A DNA stretch of 64,000 bases, from assembly GCA_026395215.1 (NCBI GenBank), contig JAPLZC010000010.1, forward strand, positions 7,371-71,370, written 5' to 3'. The stretch is from Candidatus Staskawiczbacteria bacterium. GTDB lineage: Bacteria; Patescibacteriota; Minisyncoccia; Minisyncoccales; Staskawiczbacteraceae. The notes under the pieces were generated by a model, which was not told the DNA's origin, searched no databases, and saw only the letters and a list, made by a program, of their open reading frames with translations. The position numbers were made by a program, and so were the translations under genes. Below are positions 27,251 through 34,940 of the stretch, piece by piece; the stretch's first letter is position 1; every line of letters begins with the position of its first letter.

Positions 27251-28396
27251 TTACCTTATAGTTGCGTTTAATTCTTTTTTGGTTTCTTCTCTAATTTCTT
27301 CTTGGATTTTGTTTACTTCTTCGCTGGTTAAAGTGCGTTCTGGTGAACGATAGACAATTCTAAAGGTGTAGCTTTTCTTGCCTGCGCCGAACTTTTCGTC
27401 ATTTTCAAACTCATCAACTAATTTTACTTCCTCAATTAGGTTCTCGGCGAAGTCTCTGACAATCTCGTAGTAATTATTTAAGTTTATAGATTTATCTATT
27501 ATAAACGAAATATCGCGCGATGTCTCCGGATATTTGCTAACTTCTTTAAACTTGCTGTTTATATCTTTAAACTGACTAGTAATTCTTGGGTCCTCTGACC
27601 AAAAAACCCTAATATCATTAATTCCCATTTTTATCATAGCTAATCTTTCTATTCCAAAAGAAAAAGCCCAGCCATTATATATTTCTGGGTCTATACCAAA
27701 ATTTTTAAGGCATTGAGTGTGAACCAACCCAGCACCGGTAACCTCCATCCATTGATCATTGAATTTTATTTCTACTTGTATGGAAGGATCTGTAAACGGA
27801 AAAGAGTCAGCCAAAAACCTGTACTCTAAATCCAGTCCAAAAATAGCTTTTATGGAGTCTGCCTGGACATTTTCTAAATCTTTTACTGTAATAATTTTTT
27901 GGTCTTTTCTACAAATGTATAAAAAATCTATCTGGTGAAAAGCTGGAAAATGTTTTCTGTCAATTTCATCTTTTCTAAAAACAATCCCCGGAGCTAGAGA
28001 AGCAACGCAACCATCTTTTTCTAGTTTTTCCAAAAAATCCTTATCTCTTAAACAATAAGGCCACATAACAGTCATCTGTGTTCGTAAATGATTTGTGGAA
28101 TCCAAGAAAAATGTATCTGTTTCTCTCTTCGCGGGATGGTTTTTAGGAAAATTCAAAGCATCAAATTCATCTTGAACCGAAACAACTCTCGGAAAATCAA
28201 CCAAGTCAAAATCTTTAAATATAGGTAATTCAATTATTTTGTCTACAACAATTTTAACAGGAGAGTTCTTCTTTTTTGTTAGGTCTGGAAGTTTTAGAAG
28301 CCGCTTTATCCTTTCTGCCTTAATGTCTGTCCTAGCCTCCAATTCTCCAATCAAAACACCCTCATTAGGGTCATTTATAACTATTTTTTTACTCAT
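27251..28396 (-). CDS. pheS: Phenylalanyl-tRNA synthetase: an alpha-type catalytic core fused to an FDX-ACB (beta-subunit B8-like) anticodon-binding domain.
   Basis: Class II motifs FRKDEIDRKHFPAFHQ and GWAFSFGIERLAMI. The C-terminus reads KYPETSRDISFIID ... GKKSYTFRIVYRSPERTLTSEEV. Confidence 0.85.
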   Translation of the reverse strand: MSKKIVINDPNEGVLIGELEARTDIKAERIKRLLKLPDLTKKKNSPVKIVVDKIIELPIFKDFDLVDFPRVVSVQDEFDALNFPKNHPAKRETDTFFLDSTNHLRTQMTVMWPYCLRDKDFLEKLEKDGCVASLAPGIVFRKDEIDRKHFPAFHQIDFLYICRKDQKIITVKDLENVQADSIKAIFGLDLEYRFLADSFPFTDPSIQVEIKFNDQWMEVTGAGLVHTQCLKNFGIDPEIYNGWAFSFGIERLAMIKMGINDIRVFWSEDPRITSQFKDINSKFKEVSKYPETSRDISFIIDKSINLNNYYEIVRDFAENLIEEVKLVDEFENDEKFGAGKKSYTFRIVYRSPERTLTSEEVNKIQEEIREETKKELNATIR

Positions 28397-28551
28397 AAGT
28401 TTACGTAGCGTAGCGATATATATATTACTTAATTATACTCCTAACTATTGGGCAAATCAAGACCCAAACTGGGGATAATTTTGTATTAAAAGAGGAGCGT
28501 GCCATTGTGCACACGCTCCTATCAACCATCTCCTGCCTGCCGCAGGAGGGC

Positions 28552-28968
28552 CTACTGCTCCGAGTATCTGTATAATATCGGGAGACCGCTTCTTCGACCC
28601 TCCGCCACGATGAAAGCTGTGGTATGGTCGAACTCCTTCGACAGTCCGACAAGGGATGACTCCCCGTCGAACGCAAAGGAAGTTACTTTTTCCTTCCCGA
28701 CATATTTCCATGCCACAGTGGTCCTATACGGACCCTTGGTCTCATACCCGTGGGTATAGACCACGTTTACATACGTCCCAAACTTCGGGACGTCACCCGT
28801 CTGGTTGACGGGCTCCTGGCTTTCGACCACGCCGGGTATGTGACCCGGCATTCGCTTGTAGTCGTATACCCCATCATCGGACTCGTTGGAGCCCACCGAG
28901 GCACATCCGCCGGTCAAGATGACCAGCAGGACGACCAACGTAATCATAGACAGAACCGTGCGTTTCAT
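28552..28968 (-). CDS. Putative lipoprotein in a GC-rich island.
   Basis: MKRTVLSMITLVVLLVILTGGCAS forms a signal peptide plus lipobox. The start is re-set to the ATG at 28968. Confidence 0.6.
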   Translation of the reverse strand: MKRTVLSMITLVVLLVILTGGCASVGSNESDDGVYDYKRMPGHIPGVVESQEPVNQTGDVPKFGTYVNVVYTHGYETKGPYRTTVAWKYVGKEKVTSFAFDGESSLVGLSKEFDHTTAFIVAEGRRSGLPILYRYSEQ

Positions 28969-29041
28969 AAACCTCTCCTGTAACTGTGTTGCTGAGAGAA
29001 CCAACGCTGGCACCTTACCAGAATCAATCCTCTCTTTATTT

Positions 29042-29070
29042 ATTATAGCATATTATTAAAATCGTGTCAA
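29042..29070 (-). promoter_or_regulatory. Consensus sigma70 promoter for the lipoprotein gene.
   Basis: The minus strand reads TTGACA-cgattttaataatatgc(17)-TATAAT. Confidence 0.7.
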
Positions 29071-29193
29071 TGGGTCGGGTTGCATTCCCTAGGGAGATAT
29101 GCCAATATTATAGTATAAGCACTTAATAATATTAAAAAATTAATTTTCGGTTTAGTGGAGGCTTACCCCCAAAACTAATCGAATCATAACAAA

Positions 29194-29454
29194 ATGCCAG
29201 CAAAAAAGGCAAATTCGGCTTTCATGAAGCCAATGAAGTTAACTGCCGAATTAGAGGCAGTCGTAGGAAAGGGTCCTATGCCACGAAGCGAAGTTGTAAA
29301 AAAACTTTGGGCATATATTAAGAAAAATGGATTACAAGATCCAAAAGCCAAAAGAAACATAAAAGGCGACGCAACATTATTGGTTGTCTTTGGCGGAAAG
29401 AAAGTAGTAGATATGTTTGAAATGACAAAATTAGTTTCAAAACATCTATCATAA
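29194..29454 (+). CDS. SWIB/MDM2-domain protein.
   Basis: Motif LTAELEAVVGKGPMPRSEVVKKLWAYIKKNGLQDP ... MFEMTKLVSKHL. Confidence 0.85.
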   Translation: MPAKKANSAFMKPMKLTAELEAVVGKGPMPRSEVVKKLWAYIKKNGLQDPKAKRNIKGDATLLVVFGGKKVVDMFEMTKLVSKHLS

Positions 29455-29504
29455 TCTGGTAACAAAAAAACGTCCTTTAAAAGGGGCGTTTTTTGTTTGG
29501 ATTT

Positions 29505-30410
29505 TTAGTATGCTACTAAAATGGCTAATCCAGCGACAATTAAGATAATTGAAACCACTTTCTGGATAATTATTCTTTTAGATAGCTCTTCTTTCAAAAC
29601 TCTGGGAAAAAAATACGAAAAAAATAACGTTATTATAAATAGAAAAACATACTGTATACCTCTCAAAGAGTTAACTGTTGCCAAAAATATAATTGGGGCT
29701 AAAGATATGGCAAGGCTCTGCAAAAAATTAGCAATTCCGCCAAAGGCCTGAGCGCAGAAAAAGCTTATCTGCGTCTTTTTATCTGAAACAAGCTGATGGC
29801 AAAAAATATCCTGCCGTGATTTTTTTGAAATAAGCAGAACTAACACAAAAAGGAAAACAAATATCCTTATCCAAATGACTCCTGGCAAAAATGACTGGCC
29901 TAAAAAAACAAACTTGGAAAAAATGTAGTCCAAGGAAAACATTAAAGAGGAAAAAATTGTGACTTTTAGGTAACTAATGGTAATTTGGGGAGTTTTTTCA
30001 AAAGAAATAACAACGCTTCCTAAAAATAGTAAGACAAACGCCAGAATATCCATTGCCGGTATTATTTGTGGTCCCCAAAAAAAACAAGTAAAAATGAAAA
30101 TAAATATAGGTTGAGTAGCTCCAATTGTTGATACAACTTTTGAAACTTCAAACTTTTCCAAAGCAACAAACATTGTATACAACCCAGCAACGTGCACAAT
30201 TGCATCTAAAATAACCCAGATAAGCTCTTGCTGGTTTGGAAGCCTCAGACTCACAAAAGGTATTAACAAAACTACAAATAGACCCAACGCGCCAACATAA
30301 AAAGTGTAAGAATTAGGCTTAGGTTTGCCAGCCAAAACCAGCTTATCCCCAAAAGAAGCAAGCCCAAAAAATAAATAAGCCAAAATTGCTATCAATAACC
30401 AAAGTATCAT
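29505..30410 (-). CDS. EamA/DMT-family membrane transporter.
   Basis: 301 aa with about 10 hydrophobic helices in two similar halves. Confidence 0.6.
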   Translation of the reverse strand: MILWLLIAILAYLFFGLASFGDKLVLAGKPKPNSYTFYVGALGLFVVLLIPFVSLRLPNQQELIWVILDAIVHVAGLYTMFVALEKFEVSKVVSTIGATQPIFIFIFTCFFWGPQIIPAMDILAFVLLFLGSVVISFEKTPQITISYLKVTIFSSLMFSLDYIFSKFVFLGQSFLPGVIWIRIFVFLFVLVLLISKKSRQDIFCHQLVSDKKTQISFFCAQAFGGIANFLQSLAISLAPIIFLATVNSLRGIQYVFLFIITLFFSYFFPRVLKEELSKRIIIQKVVSIILIVAGLAILVAY

Positions 30411-30435
30411 TGTTCTATTATACTAAAAAATTAAC

Positions 30436-31704
30436 TTAAAAAATAGTGGCGCTTTTTCCGGCCAAATATCCGGTGCTCCAGCAGGACTGCAGATTAAATC
30501 CTCCGCTTTTACCATCTATGTCTATTATTTCTCCTGCAAAGTATAAATTACCAATTATTTTTGACTTCATTGTTTTGTGGTCTATTTCTTTTAAAGAAAC
30601 ACCTCCCATTGTTACATGAGCCAAGTCCCAGCCCAAGAGGCCGCTTACGGTTGCTTCAATGTTCTTTAAAGTTTTTGCCACAGAAGCTCTTTCAATTTTT
30701 GACATATTGTTTGCTATTTTTTCTCTTTTTACTTGGGCCATATCACATAAAACTTCCGCTAATCCTTCGGGTACAAGAAACGACAATATATTTTTAACTG
30801 TTCTATTGGGATATCTTACCAAAATATCCTCAAGTTCTTTCAAAACCTCTTGGTAATTCAAATCAGGGAATAAGTCAAATACTATTGTAACCTCGCCCTT
30901 TCCAAGCAAATCACCTACTTTCCCACTTATATTTAAAATAGCGGGTCCTGTAATTCCAAAGTGAGTAAATAATATTTCTCCCTGTTCTGAAAATTGTTTT
31001 TTGTTATTTTGAATAACAATTATTTTTAAATTATTTAAGCTTATTCCTTGCATCTTTTTAGCCCATTCATCTTTTAAAGAAATTGGAACCAAAGCAGGAG
31101 TTGGTGGCACAATAGTGTGCCCAAGTTTCTCAACCAGTTTATAAATTGCTCCGTCTGAACCGGTCAAAGAATATGATTTTCCTCCGGTGCAAATGATATA
31201 CTTCTTAGCTGTAACTTCTCCGTTTTGTAAAACTATTTTTTTTATATTATTTTTAGCGCAAACAATGTCCTTTACTTCAGAATTAAATAATACTTCTACT
31301 TTATTTTTCTTGAGATGTTTTTCAAATACTTCCAAAACCTCTCTTGCATCATTGTCCACCGGAAAAACCCTATTATTTTTTTCAATTTTAGTCTCTATGC
31401 CCAATTTATTAAAAAAGTTTATAGTTTTTTCTGGCCCAAAAACTGAAAAAGCGTGGAAAAGAAATTCCCCGCCCTTACTATAATTTTCTACTAATTTTCT
31501 TAAATTAAATTCTGCATTGGTTATATTGCACCTACCACCTCCAGTTAAAAGCAACTTCTTTCCAAGCTGTTTATTTTTTTCTAGTAATATAACTTTTGAC
31601 CCGTTTTCTGCTGCTATTAGGGCTGACATCATCCCAGCCGGTCCGCCACCTATAACAGCAACATCAAAAGATTGTTCTTTAGTATCTTCTTTTGGCATGT
31701 CCAA
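30436..31704 (-). CDS. FAD-dependent oxidoreductase (HI0933/BaiN-like).
   Basis: Motifs DVAVIGGGPAGMMSA and GGGRCNITN, with a typical C-terminus. Confidence 0.75.
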   Translation of the reverse strand: MDMPKEDTKEQSFDVAVIGGGPAGMMSALIAAENGSKVILLEKNKQLGKKLLLTGGGRCNITNAEFNLRKLVENYSKGGEFLFHAFSVFGPEKTINFFNKLGIETKIEKNNRVFPVDNDAREVLEVFEKHLKKNKVEVLFNSEVKDIVCAKNNIKKIVLQNGEVTAKKYIICTGGKSYSLTGSDGAIYKLVEKLGHTIVPPTPALVPISLKDEWAKKMQGISLNNLKIIVIQNNKKQFSEQGEILFTHFGITGPAILNISGKVGDLLGKGEVTIVFDLFPDLNYQEVLKELEDILVRYPNRTVKNILSFLVPEGLAEVLCDMAQVKREKIANNMSKIERASVAKTLKNIEATVSGLLGWDLAHVTMGGVSLKEIDHKTMKSKIIGNLYFAGEIIDIDGKSGGFNLQSCWSTGYLAGKSATIF

Positions 31705-32956
31705 AGCGATTAGATGATGGTCTGTTACCTCTACGTGGAGGATAATTATCTTTGTAGGTTTCCGAAGCGCCTACTTGTTTGCTTGTAAAAGAAGTAAGAT
31801 CGGGCAATTTTGAAATTGGCAAATATACTCTAGTTAACCTTTCAATTTCTCTAATCATTTGGCCCTGTTCTGGCATAGCAAAAGAAATTGCTTTGCCCGA
31901 CATTCCAGCCCTACCAGTTCTTCCAATTCTATGGACATAATCTTCTGCGGCTTCAGGTAAATCAAAGTTAATAACCAACTCAATATTTTTTACGTCAATT
32001 CCGCGCTGAGCAATATCAGTTGCCACTAAAACTCTAAACCTGCCGGTTTTAAATCCTTCAAGGGCTTCCTTTCTTTGGTTAAGTGATCTATTTGAATGTA
32101 TTTCTGCTGCAGAAACTCCAATGGCTTTTAAGTTGTCGCAAATTTTTCTAGCTCCATGTTTAACCCTTACAAAAACTAAAACGCTTCCTTTATAGTCTCC
32201 AAGTAATTTTTTAAGCAATGGAAGCCTTTGCTCTCTCTTTACAACAAAAAGTTCATGTTCAACATTTTCCGCAGTAGTTCCCGGTCTGGCAATTTCTACT
32301 CTTACTGGAAGCTTCATATGTTGGGTAGCAATTTTTACAATACCATCTGGCATTGTTGCTGAAAATAACAATGTTTGTCTATTTTTAGGCACAACATCTA
32401 ATATTTTTTTAATTTGAGGAGCAAAACCCATATCAAACATTCTATCGGCCTCATCTAAAACTAAAACTGACACATCGCTCAAGTTTAAAGTTCTTTGCTG
32501 TATGTGGTCAATAATTCTTCCTGGAGTTCCAATAACTACGTGTGGGTTGCCTCTTAATGCATGCACCTGAGTGTACATTGATGCTCCACCAATTAGCACT
32601 GCGGTTTTTACACCAAAAGTCCTCCCAATTTTTCTTATTGTTTCTTCAACCTGCAAAGCTAATTCACGAGTTGGTAAAATAATTAAACCTTTTCCCTTAC
32701 CAGCTTTTAAAATTTGCTGAACCAAAGGAATTCCAAAAGCCAAAGTTTTTCCTGTCCCAGTTTGCGCTATTCCAATAATATCCTTGCCCTCTATGGCTGG
32801 TGTAATTGCCTTATGTTGTATCGAAGTTGGAATTTTAAATCCTAACCCAGAAATTGCATCCAAAAGCTGTGGAGCTATCCCCAGCCCACTAAATGTTGGT
32901 TCTGTTCCCGCCTTCACCGGCACTTCATTTATTTGTGTATCTGTCTGTTTATCCAT
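31679..32956 (-). CDS. DEAD-box ATP-dependent RNA helicase.
   Basis: Motifs AQTGTGKT, VLDEADRM, SAT and HRIGRTGRAG. Confidence 0.9.
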   Translation of the reverse strand: MDKQTDTQINEVPVKAGTEPTFSGLGIAPQLLDAISGLGFKIPTSIQHKAITPAIEGKDIIGIAQTGTGKTLAFGIPLVQQILKAGKGKGLIILPTRELALQVEETIRKIGRTFGVKTAVLIGGASMYTQVHALRGNPHVVIGTPGRIIDHIQQRTLNLSDVSVLVLDEADRMFDMGFAPQIKKILDVVPKNRQTLLFSATMPDGIVKIATQHMKLPVRVEIARPGTTAENVEHELFVVKREQRLPLLKKLLGDYKGSVLVFVRVKHGARKICDNLKAIGVSAAEIHSNRSLNQRKEALEGFKTGRFRVLVATDIAQRGIDVKNIELVINFDLPEAAEDYVHRIGRTGRAGMSGKAISFAMPEQGQMIREIERLTRVYLPISKLPDLTSFTSKQVGASETYKDNYPPRRGNRPSSNRFGHAKRRY

Positions 32957-33027
32957 AATATTTTAATTATATCCTAAAATCCCCAAATTGTCAAACGTTC
33001 CGCACTGAATCCAACCCGAAAAAAAAC

Positions 33028-33056
33028 TTGACATACCAATATAATGTTGATATAAT
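33028..33056 (+). promoter_or_regulatory. Consensus sigma70 promoter for the DGR target gene.
   Basis: TTGACA (33028-33033), then a 17-nt spacer taccaatataatgttga, then TATAAT (33051-33056). Confidence 0.75.
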
Positions 33057-33249
33057 AAAAAACTAAATAGCACCTTGAAATATGGTTCAGAAACATGAGA
33101 TGAGCGTTTTGTTCCGTCCCTAAAATGGAACCCACGGAGTAAACCGCTCGTCTCATGGGAGACAGACGTATAATCGGAATCGTAAGTCCGAAACACAGGT
33201 CGCTCTGAGATGATATCAAAGGGCTAACAGTGAACGAAGGAGCAGAGTC

Positions 33250-34023
33250 ATGAAATGGACAGATATCGCAACCGGTAAAACCCACAGCGCCTTTCAGCAA
33301 TTCATGGTCGCCCTCGGTGACAAAGCCGAGGTTGCCGTGGAACGTATGAATGCCGAGCCCGTGTTTGCGGATCGCTTGGCGGACTACGCCTTGAACGGTG
33401 GCGTTGAACCGGCAACCAACCAGAAGCGTGCCCGTGACATCATGGGCAAGGGCTTCTTTGGCATTGAGGAGGCTATCAGCCACTTTGGTGTCAATCCGAC
33501 TCGGAGGCAACTTGCCGTTCTTTCGGCAATTCCGGCCACAGAGGCGGAGTTAGAGCGGTTCAGAAACACGCACGTGCTCAGGGCGGTTTTCCCGCTCTCG
33601 ACTATCGAGATTCGGAACAGGACAGCGAAGGTCAAAATGCCAGACGACCAACGGTTGTTTGCCAAACAGGACTGGTACGACAAAGAGCCTTTCGCAACCG
33701 AACAAGGTGAGACAAGCTGGCAGTTGGTCTGCAAGACCAAAGTCGCCAACTCAACCTCTCTAAACTGGACGCAACAACAGGCTCTAATCGGCAAGGATGA
33801 CGAAGTACCCACGCTTCAAGTGATGGTCTACACTATCATCAGCCATTTCCTGGTCACTGGTGAGCGTCTCTTCGAGAAGCTCTACGTTCGCACTTCCAGT
33901 GTTTACTCGGATGGCAGCCGTGTCCACCTCGGTCGCTTCGGCTCTGAGGGTCTCGATGTCAGCCGCAGCTGGGATGGCCATTGCACTGACGACTTGGGCG
34001 TTGCCTCCGCTCGGAAGTTCTGA
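33250..34023 (+). CDS. DGR variable (target) protein. The C-terminal VR probably lies in a C-type-lectin/FGE-like fold.
   Basis: RBS gaaggag lies 7 nt upstream of the ATG. The last 41 codons match TR except at TR adenines. The C-terminal ..W.D..C....LGVASARKF resembles CLec-type VR ends. Confidence 0.85.
   Translation: MKWTDIATGKTHSAFQQFMVALGDKAEVAVERMNAEPVFADRLADYALNGGVEPATNQKRARDIMGKGFFGIEEAISHFGVNPTRRQLAVLSAIPATEAELERFRNTHVLRAVFPLSTIEIRNRTAKVKMPDDQRLFAKQDWYDKEPFATEQGETSWQLVCKTKVANSTSLNWTQQQALIGKDDEVPTLQVMVYTIISHFLVTGERLFEKLYVRTSSVYSDGSRVHLGRFGSEGLDVSRSWDGHCTDDLGVASARKF
33898..34021 (+). repeat. DGR variable region (VR).
   Basis: Gap-free 124-nt alignment to TR (offset +515) with 17 mismatches, 16 of them where TR has A. 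Confidence 0.9.
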
Positions 34024-34067
34024 GCCTGAACCTTGAGGTTTTGAGGATTGAATCCTTTTGACCCCTT

Positions 34068-34110
34068 GAGCCTTCTACGAAATTTTTTTCGGGGAAGGCT
34101 CTTTTATTTT
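34068..34110 (+). terminator. Rho-independent terminator of the target gene.
   Basis: Sequence GAGCCTTCtacgaaatttttttcgggGAAGGCTCttttatttt. Confidence 0.75.
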
Positions 34111-34412
34111 CTTCCATTATCATATAATATATAACTGTCTGCTAATGCAGGTACGGTTACGGCTTTACCTCGCAGGCGTCTCATCTTTTTGAGATATCAC
34201 CAGAGTATCGTTGTTTACGCCTGCCTACCGGCAGGCAGGGATAACGGTAGCGTGTGAGAAAGATGGAGATAGAACTTCTTGCTTGCCCTTGGTGGAGGTG
34301 TCCTGAGTTTTATCGAAGGACTGCTCTCGAATAAAATACAGGGGAAAGAGGATATAAGCTTTTAACGGCAGTAAACCTCGATTTCCAGTGACTTAGATGA
34401 GGGCAAGCAAAT

Positions 34413-34536
34413 AGTGTTAACTCGGATGACAACCGTGTCAACCTCGGTAACTTCGACTCTGAGGGTCTCAATGTCAACAACAACTGGGATGACAATTGCA
34501 ATGACAACTTGGGCGTTGCCTCCGCTCGGAACTTCT
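34413..34536 (+). repeat. DGR template repeat (TR).
   Basis: Non-coding and rich in AAC (9) and AAT (3) codon-equivalents. The 25 nt at 34507-34531 are identical to VR (IMH-like). One non-A mismatch occurs at 34532. Confidence 0.9.
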
Positions 34537-34557
34537 ATTTCTCGTCTGAAATTAAAA

Positions 34558-34585
34558 CGCTCTCCAAATTAGGAGAGAGTTTTTC
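34558..34585. terminator. Hairpin/terminator between TR and the convergent avd.
   Basis: Sequence CTCTCCaaattaGGAGAGagttttt, ending 1 nt before the avd stop codon. Confidence 0.65.
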
Positions 34586-34936
34586 TTAGCGGTCCTTAGT
34601 AGATTTAATCCACCCGCCAAGCATTCTGCCTATCTCATCTACATCCTCCTGGAGCAAACAATATTTTTTATTGTCCAACACTTTTATTTCCTTGCACAAT
34701 CTAAAAAATACTCGTAGAAAGTTTAACCGCAGGCTGACTTTTTCTAATACGGGCAACTTTTCTATTTTAAACAATTGGCTCGCCCATAATATGTTTTCGA
34801 GAATATCTAAAATTAGATTCTCACATCTTTGCCAAATTGTATAACGGTCTTGTCTAGCTATAGAATTGCGCAGGCTATAAAACTCTTTGTAGAGTTCATA
34901 GGTTTTCTTAAAAATTGGTATATCTAATTCATCCAT
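34586..34936 (-). CDS. avd: DGR accessory variability determinant (Avd; four-helix-bundle / 23S-IVS protein family).
   Basis: 116 aa, helical, with the family-typical ending EIGRMLGGWIKS. It is adjacent to the RT. Confidence 0.8.
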   Translation of the reverse strand: MDELDIPIFKKTYELYKEFYSLRNSIARQDRYTIWQRCENLILDILENILWASQLFKIEKLPVLEKVSLRLNFLRVFFRLCKEIKVLDNKKYCLLQEDVDEIGRMLGGWIKSTKDR

Positions 34937-34940
34937 AAAT

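Noticed and set aside
32963-33812. Minus-strand ORFs 32963..33196, 32974..33510 and 33384..33812.
   Set aside because: They are antisense to the DGR target promoter, leader and CDS. High G+C generates long spurious frames, and the plus-strand ORF has an RBS and carries the VR.
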